Positions 24,108 through 37,620 are shown, counted from the whole stretch's first letter. The stretch: DNA of 62,982 bases, filler included, from Octopus bimaculoides (GCF_001194135.2; 9 parts of 8 records of this genome joined end to end with filler, not necessarily neighbours in it); one strand, 5' to 3'. Notes: generated by a model not told the origin, from the sequence alone. Program-made: numbers and translations.

Positions 24108-24374
24108 CCATCCCAAGATCACCGTCAACGACACCCCACAAAACACCACCACCGCCATCGATGCAAAAGGGCAAAAGCTCGCTCGATCTCGACTTTCAGT
24201 ACGACTACGGACGGCGAAAGCGTGGCCCATCGATCCTTTCCGCCACCACCGCGGCCACCACCGCGGTCACATTTACATATTTAATTATAGCTTTTAAAGG
24301 TTATCGAGAGTAAAATACAAAAATATTGCAGGTGTTTCTCTCACCTGGATTAGTATAAATCGTTGTTACATACA

Positions 24375-24411
<37 letters not shown>

Positions 24412-25339
24412 TTATGTACATGTGCATATTAATGTTTGTTTTTAAGTATGGTTATATATAAAAGCAGTCAAACATTAAAAATTGAAGGATAATTTAATAT
24501 TTTCTCAGACTATATCATACTTTATTATATTTTTCTAGGAAAAGGTTGACTGTAACTTCAAAGTTCCGGGTGTGTAGACTTCATCCATAAAGGTGATACA
24601 ACTGAAACTTCTAAGTAACAGTCTACATTCACATACAAGAGGATTATATATATATATATATGATTGAAAAAATTGGAGTCAACAGGAAGGAGTACGGTTG
24701 GACATTTATTTTTGAATCACTACAATTTTTTCCACGCACCGTAGTCCTCCAGGTGTGCAGGTACTTGATTATGCAACTGTTTCCCTACATTGTGAGATCT
24801 AGTTGTTTCCTCAGGAGATATGTAAACATTGTCTCCGTAAGTTTGAACTCCTCAGCTTCAAGAACATCCTCTCTGTCTGTCGTGGCCTGAATTTAGTAAT
24901 AGTCACTGAGCTTATCAGGGTGTGTTGTTTGCTGCTGAAGGACCGTTGGCAAACTGCTTTGAATGTGTAGATGTAGTGGAATGGTGAGTCTGCTGCTGTT
25001 AAAGTGGTTGCCGTTGTAAAGGGATTGGCATATTTGATTTCTTTATACTGCTGATTTGTTCTTCTTTAAGAAAACAATTGTAGTGATTAAAAAATAAATG
25101 TCCAACTGTCCGCCTTCTCGTTGACTCCAAAGTTTTTCAGTTATCTGTTCACACATGACGGAAGCCCAAATGCAAACCTGGAAGTACGTATAACATTACT
25201 ACTGGATAGCAGAGGGTGAACATCTGAAGGTGGACCGGCTTTATACTCTACTCTACCACATTCTTAACAGAATATGCCGTAACTACACACACACACACAC
25301 ACACACGCACACATATACACGCATACATACATACATACA

Positions 25340-25374
<35 letters not shown>

Positions 25375-25387
25375 GTATGTATGTATA

Positions 25388-25501
25388 TTGAGGCACAATG
25401 GCCCAGTGGTTAGGGCAGTGGACTCGCAGTCGTAGGATCGCGGTTTCGATTCCCAGACCGGGCGTTGTGAGTGTTTATTGACCGAAAACACCTAAAGCTC
25501 C
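25388..25501 (+). mobile_element. SINE family D head (cut by gap)
   Basis: gaggcacaatggcccagtggttagggcagtggactcgc...gtttcgattcccagaccgggcg. Confidence 0.85.
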
Positions 25502-25855
25502 NNNNNNNNNNNNNNNNNNNNNNNNNNNNNNNNNNNNNNNNNNNNTTAATTAATTAANNNNNNNNNNNNNNNNNNNNNNNNNNNNNNNNNNNNNNNNNNN
25601 NTATATATATGTATATATATATATATATATATATAAGATGTTTCCAAAATATTTTTATCCAAAGTGTAGTACACACACAGACACAGACACATATATATAC
25701 ACACCTACATGCTTACATACATACATATATACATACATATATGCATGCATACATATAGTTTCAATCCCATACACATATACACACACATAACACATGTATA
25801 TGCACTTACACAGAAGTATATTATGTGTGTGTGCACATAAACACACACACGCACG

Positions 25856-25887
<32 letters not shown>

Positions 25888-26300
25888 CATATTAAATTAC
25901 ACGCCCCTACACACGCGCATGCGCATACACCCAAGTTATGTATTTGGAAAGCTCTCGTTATTAAATTTTTCCATTTAAATGTCATAACTTCGAAAAGTTA
26001 GGACACGGTTTCAAATGCCATGTAAGATAATTTATTCATTGTTTCATTTTTGAATTAGTTTATACGTCTAAATTCTTAACGATTATGTTCTATTAAGGAT
26101 TATGCTCTATAGATAACACTTAAGTTCATTTTTCATTATATTTCAAATTTTCTAGAAATTAACCATCCGATTTAGAAAGCATCACCCAATGGTTTCATAT
26201 GTAGAAATAACCATGAAACAGTTGGTCGCCTTGTTTATCCACCAATACCGTGGTGAGCGCTTATTCTCACTGTTTGATATTAGCGTGCGTACACACACAC

Positions 26301-26358
<58 letters not shown>

Positions 26359-26772
26359 NNNNNNNNNNNNNNNNNNNNNNNNNNNNNNNNNNNNNNNNNN
26401 NNNNNNNNNNNNNNNNNNNNNNNNNNNNNNNNNNNNNNNNNNNNNNNNNNNNNNNNNNNNNNNNNNNNNNNNNNNNNNNNNNNNNNNNNNNNNNNNNNNN
26501 NNNNNNNNNNNNNNNNNNNNNNNNNNNNNNNNNNNNNNNNNNNNNNNNNNNNNNNNNNNNNNNNNNNNNNNNNNNNNNNNNNNNNNNNNNNNNNNNNNNN
26601 NNNNNNNNNNNNNNNNNNNNNNNNNNNNNNGTGAATGCGAAACAAAGCAACAATAGATTCAAATGATATTTGAAAACGTGCACAAATATTTGGAAGATTT
26701 GTTTGTTTGCAAACAGGAACTTTAATAACATATCTTAAATCCCATATTTAAATAAGTTATTATTAAATTATA

Positions 26773-27021
26773 TTGGGTTGGTGCATAATTATTGCGGCTT
26801 CTTTTCAACAAATTTTATTCAACAAAAACAGTAACAACATGTAACAAAAACATCTTTAAATGTTTATTCCGGAGCATATTCACCATCTACTTCAATTACT
26901 GTTTCCCATTTGCTTGGCAGATGGTCAGACTGTCATTTAAAGATGTTTTTGTTAAATATTGTTATTGTTTTGTTGACTAAAATTTATTGAAAAAAGCCGC
27001 AATAGTTATGCACCAACCCAA
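26773..27021. mobile_element. Mariner-derived MITE with ~90-bp inverted arms
   Basis: TA flanks at 26771-72 and 27022-23. End TTGGGTTGGTGCATAATTATTGCGG resembles the Hsmar1/MADE1 TIR. The spacer encodes HLPSKWETVIEVDGEYAPE* on the minus strand, like a mariner transposase C-terminus. Confidence 0.9.
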
Positions 27022-27792
27022 TAACATAGTTAATTCTGGGTCTTAAATAAATTATTATTAGTTCTTTTAAATTACGGCACAAGGCCGGCAATCTTTTCGT
27101 GAAGAAGCAAGTCGATTACACCAACAACTTTGACTGGTACTTCATTTTGAAATTCCCATCATTGTCACTTTCACTCACCTCTATGTCTCTCTATGAATAT
27201 CTACGTCTCTCTCAATTCCTATTTCTCCCTGTCTCACTACGACGCAGAGAAAGATAGGATGAGAAAAAATAAAGAGTTTGATGTCACACAAACCTATCGC
27301 TGTCATCATCAGCTACATCACTTTTCCTCACTATATATATATTGATATGTCTCTTTCATTCTCTGACTTTTTCTGATCTAGTATGCCACGAAGAATAAGA
27401 GGGAGAGAGAGAAAGAGAAAAAATAGGATGGCAGAATTACTCATTTTACACCTTCCACGAAAGACAGTAAGATATTCGAAGGAGATTTGGCAGCTATTTC
27501 TCAATATAAATATATAAACAAACTTCCTTTTGAGATGCAAAATAATTATGCATATTGGTTTGTGGGTGTTTATTTTCTAGTTTCTGAACACGATATATAA
27601 TATTTTATCGATGCTAATAGTGTGTGTGTATATGTATATATAAAAAGAGAGAAAGAGAGAGGATAAGAGAAAAAGATAGATAGATAAAGTGAGGAGGAGA
27701 GAGATAAAGACTGAGAAATAAAGAGAGGGAGTATAAGAGAAAGAGAGAGATATGAACCTCCAGTATGATCGCAGTGAACACAGTGGCATACA

Positions 27793-27866
<74 letters not shown>

Positions 27867-28350
27867 GAGAGAAAAGAACCTCACACAAAGCAAGCCATCC
27901 ATACATGGACACAGAGAGAAGAGGGGACACTTCATGTTTAACCTCTGTCCCTAACCCTCCACCATAAATATTTCCTCGTGGTCGACTGCATAGATAAGTT
28001 GAGATTTCACGATCGAATGACACCAACCCGGTGATTCTGACGTCTCTCTAACTACGTTACTCAATTGTAACAATCAGTTTTTCTCTCCTCTTTTACTTCT
28101 CCATTTCCTCTCTCTTTCTCTCTCAACACACACACACACATTTGCAACTCCCACTGTTCAGTTTTCTCTTTATCTCCCTCTGTCTCTCTATCTCACTGTA
28201 TCTCAGTTTCCTCTTCTCTGTCACCCATGGTCTCTCTGTCTTTCTATCACTCACTCATCCATGTATATTTCCATCTCTCTCAGTGTTCCACCTCTCTCGT
28301 TTGGTCTCTCCGCTTACTCTCCTCCTCTCTCTCCCGATCTATCTATCTAC

Positions 28351-28404
<54 letters not shown>

Positions 28405-28487
28405 CACTTTGCATCTTTTTATCTATCTATCTATCTGTTTATCTGGCTACCTGGTTGACTCTCTGGCTGTTTGGCTAACAAACTCAG

Positions 28488-28563
<76 letters not shown>

Positions 28564-29502
28564 CTACTGTCTATATATCTCTGTTACATATCATATTCTA
28601 ATCACTCTCCTCATTTTCTCCTACAGTTTCATCTCCCTTCTCTCGCCCCCTCTCTCCGCCTCCCTATTACTTTATTACCCGTTGTCTATCTCTCAATCTA
28701 ACACACTTTCTTCCTCTTTCAATATATCTGCTATCTCTGTCTCTATTCATTCTTGTTCCTTTTCTACTTCTTTTCTTATCTCATAACTTGACTTCAATCG
28801 ATTTAGTAAACCATATTTCATAACCCCTCTCTCCGTTTCTCTATCTTTTCTACCATTCTCTGTAAATCCCTCTCTTTCATTTTCATATATTTTTCTGTCC
28901 GTACGTCCGTTTGTCTGTAGTCTGACCGTCTGCCTATCTGTGTCTCTCCATCTCTCTTTGTTTGTCATCCGCTGTTTGTCACATTTTGCCCACTTATTCC
29001 AATTCGTTTTAAAAATTCTTTTATTCTTTCATAATTTCTTGCCAATGGATGCAGTCAGCCATATTTCATAGCCTCTCTATCTCTCTACCTTTTGTCTACC
29101 ATTCTCTATATATATCATTCTCTCTTTCTCTTTCAGTATACTTTTCTCTCTGCCTCTTTATCATTTCCTATCCAACTCTCACCCACCAATCACTCATTCC
29201 CATTCGTTTTTTAATTCGTATATTCTTTCAAAGGTACAAGCCAATAAATGCGGTCGGCCATAGTTCATAATCTCTTCCTCCTTCTATATCTCCTTCTATC
29301 TCTTCTGTCTCTCTTTATCCCGCTTTCACCCTCACTTACTCCAGCTCTTTTAACGTTTCACACCTCCCACTACTGACCTTTACTCTCTCACCTTTCTCAC
29401 TCCTTTTCTCTCCCTCATCTATCCATTTTGTCATATTCTCTGGCTCTGTCTCATTTTACACTTAACTAATCTTTCTGTCTGTCTATGTACATACACATGC
29501 AC

Positions 29503-29620
29503 CAGAAAGGATGGAAGGCAAAGTCGACCTCGGTGGAATTTGAATACAGGACATAAAGAAGTACGAAATGCTGCTAAACATTTTGTCTGGCATGTTAACG
29601 ATTCTGCCAGCTCTCCGCCT
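29503..29620 (-). mobile_element. SINE family B fragment
   Basis: gaaaggatggaaggcaaagtcgacctcggtggaatttgaa...attctgccagctctcc. Confidence 0.75.
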
Positions 29621-29900
29621 TCAGAAGCAGTGTTAACATATTAATTCTGCGATAGGTTATTCTAGATAACCATATCCAAATACTTATTTGGGTAATACTA
29701 TTCTACACCCTTGTGCACATCCCAACATCGTCATAACTTTATTGGCGATGAGATATTTAACCCCTCGACATAACAACACCAAAAGGTAATCTTTACATCA
29801 TGTAACTTTGCGTGGAAGGTTGTGTTAGAATATCGAATTCAGCGTTATTTATCTTGAGAGGACCTCTCATATGGATGCACGGCGCATAAAAGCATCGATG

Positions 29901-30047
29901 TTTATATCGTTGACAGACGACAATCGTCTGCTACGGGCGCCGATATTGTCGGACGTCTACTTCTGAAGAACCTAGTCAGGTCGAAACTCCGTGATCTGGT
30001 AGTTTCAGCGCCCGTAGCGGATTATTCTCGTCTGCCAATGATATAAA
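29901..30047 (+). ncRNA. Long hairpin with hammerhead-ribozyme-like core (imperfect)
   Basis: Inverted repeat 29901-29940 / 30008-30047 (about 34 of 40 matches) encloses CTGAAGA-ACCT-agtc-AGGT-C-GAAA at 29963-29986. Confidence 0.4.
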
Positions 30048-30591
30048 TATGAGTGTTTTTATTAGTCACGCGTGCACAACGCGGTATTCAGAGTTCTAAC
30101 ACAACACTCACATTAAGTTTGATTTAAAGATTGCCTTTTAATTAAAATGGTCTCAAAGAAATTAACGCAATATTCAGATTTCTAACACAACATCCACATT
30201 AAGTGGGATACAAAGATTGCCTTGTAATTAAAATGGTATTTTCCTAAAAGTTTGCTTCTTCATCAGACATGCACCAAGCTCTAAGTAGATCTGTGTTTAA
30301 CAACTCATGGGCTTACAACTGCGTGTGACACACACATATGTCTTTTTTTTCAGTGTCACGTGATAAATGTTATCTAAACCGATTCCTTTTAAACAACTGT
30401 AAACGTATTGAAGAAATTCTTAAGAAAAGAATGTTAGTTGATTGAGGACTGGAACGAATAATTAATTCTGAGTAATGACTTACGAAAACCCAGTCATGAA
30501 TAAGCAATATTATCCCAATTTACTTAACGGTATTGAGTACTTCTTTTCACTTAATTGCGTTTCACACCAGTGTGAAACTCGTGCATAATTG

Positions 30592-30636
<45 letters not shown>

Positions 30637-31311
30637 AAATTATATACATACATATACATACATTCATATAGACATACATATTTACACATCACACTAGTAC
30701 ACATAGATTTAAGCACACACACAGACACATGTATCATACATACATTCATACATACATACATACATACATACATACATGCACACACATATATATACGCACA
30801 TATACATACACACAAAGACACACACACACATATACACACATACACACACATTTATATACACATATACATACACACACACATACTTACACAGGAACACTCA
30901 CGCAAAGCTCTCCCTTATGGTCCCTGGCTTCTGTTCCCTACTTCTCACATACACACCTCTCCTCCCCCTCGCCCCTGTCACTCATTTCTTTGCCCCTTAA
31001 CCATTTCTCTATAATCCAAGCGAAATCCTAAATAATCCACAGTTAAACCGAATCTGTTATTTCCCTCAAGTCTTTATTCTGTTGCCATGGTTACATCACA
31101 ACCCAAGTCCAGCTTCTTTTTCCCCTCTCTCTTCTCCTCTCCTCTCATTTCGCCTTCATCTCTTCATTGACGTGCTGCCCTGCTACTCTCACCACCACAG
31201 TTTGCCTCACCATCACTACAAGCTTCCCTAGCATCGCTACCTAACACCGCCACCATTTCCACTATCACCATCACCATCACCTCTACCACCATTAACATCG
31301 TCATCACGACT

Positions 31312-31342
<31 letters not shown>

Positions 31343-31463
31343 ACACCGTGCCGCCGCCGCCTCNNNNNNNNNNNNNNNNNNNNNNNNNNNNNNNNNNNNN
31401 NNNNNNNTTAATTAATTAANNNNNNNNNNNNNNNNNNNNNNNNNNNNNNNNNNNNNNNNNNNN

Positions 31464-32120
31464 CCTTTCAGGTGCAATCGTAGAGTCATTAGATGTTCAT
31501 TTATAGGAACAGGGAGCTCTACCAACTTCTTAAGGATATCAGATTGAACTGCAAAGCCAACAGCAGCCTCTCTGTGCTCCCCTTTCTGCCTCCCCTCCAA
31601 AAAAGGTGTATCCACTTCCAACTTCGTCAAGCTGACCATCACCTTCTATATGAATCTCTGAAAGTGCAGCTATATCAATGTTATGACAGTTCAGCTCGAG
31701 AGCAACAAGTGCAGTGTTTCTTTTGAGGCCTGCAATCACTCTCGTTATCCAACAGAGGGCGCACATTCCAACATGAAATGTTCAAGTTCCATCCAGATTT
31801 TGTAAATAAAAGGCTCTTTGTCTTTCGAGCACAGGGTGGACATCCATCAGTCAAGCTAAACTGACCAGATATAGAAAGACAGGCACATTTTTGGTTCACT
31901 TTTTCTAGAACCTCCCCAACCTCTGGGTGAACAGTGCCCTCTCCAAAAGGGGCTGCTCAGACACCCATGCAGCAACTGAATCCTACCGCTGTTTTGGGCT
32001 ACAAGAAGATGACTTTATATCTAGCATGGGCCACCTATGTGCAGGTCGCTGACTACATGCTTCCAACCCGTCAGGTCTGCATGCTTCACCACCTTCCCAT
32101 CACCGCAGGACTTCCAAATA
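31464..32120 (-). mobile_element. RTE LINE 5' fragment (APE endonuclease N-terminus plus probable 5' UTR)
   Basis: Frameshifted WNVRPLLD, RNTALVALELNCHNIDIAALSE, QLDEVGSGYTFF and VGFAVQSDILKKLVELPVPINEHLMTLRLHL are typical of the RTE endonuclease. Confidence 0.88.
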
Positions 32121-34285
32121 AAAAATATACTAAAAGTAAGTTAATATATAAATATATACTAAAAATAAAGATATGTATATATACTAAAAATAAAATGAAT
32201 ATATATATATAGGGAAAAAACAAAGGGAGTAGAAAAGGCACATATCGAGCAGAGGTCAGCGATGCCTGTCTAAAGTTTTAGGTCCAATAAGGCTTGCACG
32301 ACACCTCACAGACCCTCTCCACTTTATTGACATTATCCAGAGACAAGCTGGAGCAATATGTCTGGTGCCAATATGAGTCGCAGGCTCAGGGATGTGGGAG
32401 TGCCATGATCTCTAGCACAAACCAAAGATCCCCAAAATGTCCAATGCCATTCCCTGCATATCTGGTTTTATATCAGAGTGACCTTCTCCTAGAGACATGC
32501 TTCAACAGAAGCTGAGTGGGCCTCACTCCCTGTGGTCTTTCAGCATACCAGACACCATTCCGGAATTTCTGCATACCCATGCTTTTGCTAGATAGCCGTT
32601 GAGCCTGCACTAGGTTCAACTGACCTTTTTGTTNNNNNNNNNNNNNNNNNNNNNNNNNNNNNNNNNNNNNNNNNNNNNNNNNNNNNNNNNNNNNNNNNNN
32701 NNNNNNNNNNNNNNNNNNNNNNNNNNNNNNNNNNNNNNNNNNNNNNNNNNNNNNNNNNNNNNNNNNNNNNNNNNNNNNNNNNNNNNNNNNNNNNNNNNNN
32801 NNNNNNNNNNNNNNNNNNNNNNNNNNNNNNNNNNNNNNNNNNNNNNNNNNNNNNNNNNNNNNNNNNNNNNNNNNNNNNNNNNNNNNNNNNNNNNNNNNNN
32901 NNNNNNNNNNNNNNNNNNNNNNNNNNNNNNNNNNNNNNNNNNNNNNNNNNNNNNNNNNNNNNNNNNNNNNNNNNNNNNNNNNNNNNNNNNNNNNNNNNNN
33001 NNNNNNNNNNNNNNNNNNNNNNNNNNNNNNNNNNNNNNNNNNNNNNNNNNNNNNNNNNNNNNNNNNNNNNNNNNNNNNNNNNNNNNNNNNNNNNNNNNNN
33101 NNNNNNNNNNNNNNNNNNNNNNNNNNNNNNNGTTGTTGTTGTTGTTGTGGTGGTGGTCGTGATGGCAACGGCGGTGGTGGTGGTGGTGGTGGTGGTGGTG
33201 ATTGTCGTTGTTGCTGTTGAAAAGTATGTGAAGAATTGTTGCTATAGTTAGAGATTTATGGTAGTAAACGCATCACTACACACGTGTATATATGTGAACA
33301 GAGACGGACGTTAAAAAGTCATTTTATTTCTACAAGTCAGAGAGGATTATTGTTTGCGAAAAAGGAAAGAAAATTTTTGAAATTTCCCAAAATATACATT
33401 CGGAAAGGATTTTTCAGGTGAGAACTTTCACTGAATAAGTTTTCTTACTCTTTGGACAAAGTTTAGACTGAAATCATTTTGTGTTTAACTAAAAAAGCAT
33501 AACTTTGAAGAAACTGAAAAAAAAAAAAATTGCTTGAACTGAAATCTCTTACGAGTTTAATTTAAAAATACATAAATTTTAAGAAATTGTTACTCTTACT
33601 ACGATATTCTACCTTAGAATTAATTATTGCGAATATCAGTGCCCCAAAATAATGAATTACTACCGACAAAGAGAACTGAAGCAATCCTTGCTGAATTTCC
33701 CATCTGATTCACCTAAAAATGCTAACAGAAGAGAATTGCAAACAAAGTTTCACAGCTCAAGGNNNNNNNNNNNNNNNNNNNNNNNNNNNNNNNNNNNNNN
33801 NNNNNNNNNNNNNNNNNNNNNNNNNNNNNNNNNNNNNNNNNNNNNNNNNNNNNNNNNNNNNNNNNNNNNNNNNNNNNNNNNNNNNNNNNNNNNNNNNNNN
33901 NNNNNNNNNNNNNNNNNNNNNNNNNNNNNNNNNNNNNNNNNNNNNNNNNNNNNNNNNNNNNNNNNNNNNNNNNNNNNNNNNNNNNNNNNNNNNNNNNNNN
34001 NNNNNNNNNNNNNNNNNNNNNNNNNNNNNNNNNNNNNNNNNNNNNNNNNNNNNNNNNNNNNNNNNNNNNNNNNNNNNNNNNNNNNNNNNNNNNNNNNNNN
34101 NNNNNNNNNNNNNNNNNNNNNNNNNNNNNNNNNNNNNNNNNNNNNNNNNNNNNNNNNNNNNNNNNNNNNNNNNNNNNNNNNNNNNNNNNNNNNNNNNNNN
34201 NNNNNNNNNNNNNNNNNNNNNNNNNNNNNNNNNNNNNNNNNNNNNNNNNNNNNNNNNNNNNNNNNNNNNNNNNNNNNNNNNNNNN

Positions 34286-34440
34286 AGTGGTTGGCGTTAG
34301 GAAGGGCATCCAGCTGTAGAAACTCTGCCAAATTAGACTGGAGCCTGGTGTTGCCATCCGGTTTCACCAGTCCTCAGTCAAATCGTTCAACCCATGCTAG
34401 CATGGAAAGCGGACGTTAAACGATGATGATGATGATGATG
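34286..34440 (+). mobile_element. RTE-type 3' end with (GAT)n tail
   Basis: ggcgttaggaagggcatccagctgtag...catggaaagcggacgttaaacgatgatgatg, the reverse complement of about 51465-51620. Confidence 0.8.
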
Positions 34441-36129
34441 TCAGTTCCATTGTTGAATTTGTTCATTTCCTTTGTGCAAACGAATTGCCTTTTCAAGGAA
34501 ACAAAAATGAAGCTTTTCAGGATCTTTATTCGGAAGATGATACGCAGCCTTGTGGTCTTTTTATGAAATTATTCCAGTACACATTAGAGAAAGACTCAAA
34601 GCTAATGGAATGTTACGGCACGATTCCAAAAAATGCGACCTACACCTCAGCAGCAATGCAAAACGAAATCATCAAATTGTTGAGCAGACACACTGTCAGC
34701 CTCGTGGTCGATGAAATAAAATGTTTCGATGTTCCTTATTTTACGCTGAAATGTGACGGAACGTGTGATTTGAGTAATCCTGAAAATCTTGCAATTGTTA
34801 TTAGGTACTTGAAAAATGGCAGGGTTCTGGAAAAGTTAGTTGTGATGCCAACTACTCAACATTATGATGCTGAAACATTGGCCGACTTGATAATTAAGGA
34901 ATTAACCAACCTTTGCATTGACCCAAAGCATATGTTGTCACAGTGCTATGATGGTGCTTCTGTGATGTCTGGCAAAATAGGTGGCATGCAAAGAAAGATT
35001 CAGAATCGACTTGAGAAATATATTACCTTATGTTCATTGTCTTAATCATCAGTTGCATCTTGTTGTGGTTAACACAATAAAATGGATTCCGGAGTTAGCT
35101 ACGTTCTTCGACACCGGTAATATTCTTCATAATTTTATTAAACGGCCAAAGATAGCTAGTCTCTGCAAAGGATTGAAGTTGCCACATTTTATGGAGCATA
35201 GGTGGTCGGGTCATTTCACTGCCATTGCTTCTGTAATAGAAAATCACTCCAGAATTGTTGGTTTGCTAACCGAATGCACAGATTCGTCAGATTCAAAAAC
35301 GTGTATAGAGGCAACTGGAATTTTACCTCAAGTTCATTCCCCAAGGTTTGTTTTTCTAGCCCTTGTTCTTAGTAAAATTTTTGCATATAATTAGACCAGC
35401 AGACAAACAGCTTCAGAGTCACAAATGTGATATATACCATGGCCTTGAGCTCCTCAAGATTGCCAAGAGTGAAATAACCAAACTAAGAAACTCTTTAATA
35501 TTTGATGAGATTCTAAAACAAATGAGTCAATTTAATATTATTGAGGAACGCATGCGTCTGAAAGATTGCAAGTCCCGACATTTTTCAGATTATGTTCTTG
35601 AAGCCCTGGTACCATCACAAGATGACTGGATAACCTTTCACCGCAAAATTTATTTCGCAATCTTCGACGAAAGATTGGGAGAGCTAGATAATAGAATTTC
35701 AGAGCAAAACGATAGTATATATTCTTCTTTGGCAAGTCTACTACCAACGTCCGAGACATTTTTGGATTTTGATGCTTTAAACCTTTGAACAATTAAGTTA
35801 ATTGCGATAAATCGGCCTCACTTTCTGAACTTACTGTGGTTAAAGCAAACATTTCCAAACAAAATATGATGACACTGCTTGATATTTTTGGATCTTTATG
35901 TATTGTACAGGATGCCTTTCCAAATGTTTATCTTTTGTATGGTGCAGCATTGACATTTGGATCGAGCACTGCTACATGTGAATCATCGTTTTCGACGTTA
36001 ACTCGAATTATGACACCCTTTCGACGAAATATGAAGCACCAGCGAAAATCAAACCTCGTGATACTTGCTTCCCTTAATGAATACATTGCGTTGCGTAGAT
36101 TGCAGTTGTATGAAATGAACGTAACCTGA
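34441..36129 (+). pseudogene. Decayed hAT transposase (ZMYM1-like / DUF4371 plus hATC dimerisation)
   Basis: Four overlapping or adjacent ORFs carry, in order, YTSAAMQNEII, KCDGT (D), QCYDGASVMSG (D), HCLNH (CxxH), HRWSG and TCESSFS (E). At least three disruptions. Confidence 0.92.
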
Positions 36130-37079
36130 TTTTATTTCGTGTTCTGTATTATTTTGAGAGACTTGTGTCGTACAGTTCTCGTACAACATAATAAAAATAA
36201 TACATTAAGTCCGTTTAAGAAATAGTACTAAATGCTTGTCCGCTCATCGGTACTACTCGAACTCCCGAGTCGACACATTGCTCATGAGCAGTCGGGTCCG
36301 TCAACCGATTGGCCTTACTCCACCATATTTATCCTGGTGGACTAATCCATCCGTTCTACTTTGGGGGTGTTCTATTTCAACACAACAGACATAATCAAAT
36401 TTTATAAACAGTACGGTTTTTAGAGTTCTGTTCAGCCAGCAGATGTAATATGAAAGACCCTTAAGAGAAAAGCCCCCTAAGACAAAAGCCCCTCAAACAA
36501 ACCCCACATAATTAAAGTATGAAAGTGTTTCCGTTTTAGTTTATTTGAAATTATATAAAAATAATGTTTAAAGATTTGGCTATTATCTCTAGCATGTAGA
36601 AAGACCTTTTAGGCTTAACTATGTGCTTGTTGAAAATCATTAAAAAAATATATTGGAGTCAATACATTCGACTAAAAATTCTTCGAGGTGATGCCCCAGC
36701 ATGGCCTCAGTTTAATGATTCCAACAGGTAAAATGAAAATTAAAACGAAATATATCAGAAGTTTTGACCAGGCTACGCATCAAGAAATGTGGGGGGAAAA
36801 AAAAAATGCAAAATATAAGCATGGGGCTTTTGTTTGTACCCTTGTTCAGTACCCCCAGCTATCAAAAGGAGAGAGTAACCTATCAGCTTAATACCAAATT
36901 GTTCCACTTATAACTGAACATAAAAGCAAACATTAACTATATATATAGATACAGATATATACACACACATATATATATACACGTAACATTAGGAAGGGCA
37001 TCCAGCCTTAAAAACCAAACTAAAACCAACTGGGACTTGGTGAAACTCTCCAGCTTACCAGTTCTAATGTACGTATGTA

Positions 37080-37317
37080 TCAGGTCATCCCATAAGTTCT
37101 GTCCGATTTTACCTTTTTTAAAATTGAATGAAATTTAATAGTATTTCAGAATGTCTAATGGAATTAAAAATTATTTTTATGCATTTGTGTACATTTAAAC
37201 TAATTAAATATTATTTTACAGAATAATAGAATTAAAATTTCTTTGATTAAAATCCTTTCTAACATGGAAGTATCCAAAGAGCATTTAAGGCACATAATGC
37301 TTTATGAGTACAAAAAA
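37080..37317 (+). mobile_element. Mariner element left end (truncated by gap)
   Basis: TA + TCAGGTCATCCCATAAGTTCTGTCCG TIR-like end. ATG at 37264 gives MEVSKEHLRHIMLYEYKK, like a mariner transposase N-terminus. Confidence 0.75.
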
Positions 37318-37439
37318 NNNNNNNNNNNNNNNNNNNNNNNNNNNNNNNNNNNNNNNNNNNNTTAATTAATTAANNNNNNNNNNNNNNNNNNNNNNNNNNN
37401 NNNNNNNNNNNNNNNNNATATATATATATATATAGGTTC

Positions 37440-37620
37440 AAAAAAAGGAAAAAGACAAAAAACAACAACGTGAGGACGTGATACAGATAGTGTTACTAGA
37501 CGCTCGGGAAAGGAAAGAGAGAGAGTATGGCGTTTCGAGCGGAGCTCTTCGTCGGAAACAAGGAAAGTTCAAAGAAGGGAAAAACGGAGGAAGAAAAAAT
37601 CGCCACCGATGTCAACGAGG
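37440..37620. mobile_element. Penelope-like terminal fragment (related copy at about 5540-5625)
   Basis: aacaacaacgtgaggacgtg...ggaaaggaaaga is shared with 5565-5625. Minus strand has CCGACGA-A-GAGC-ucc-GCUC-GAAACG. Family assignment is inferred. Confidence 0.45.

Noticed and set aside
23980-24297. Poly-His and poly-Ser ORFs (also poly-Met at 31164-31346)
   Set aside because: Translations of (CAT)n microsatellites with no splice or homology support.
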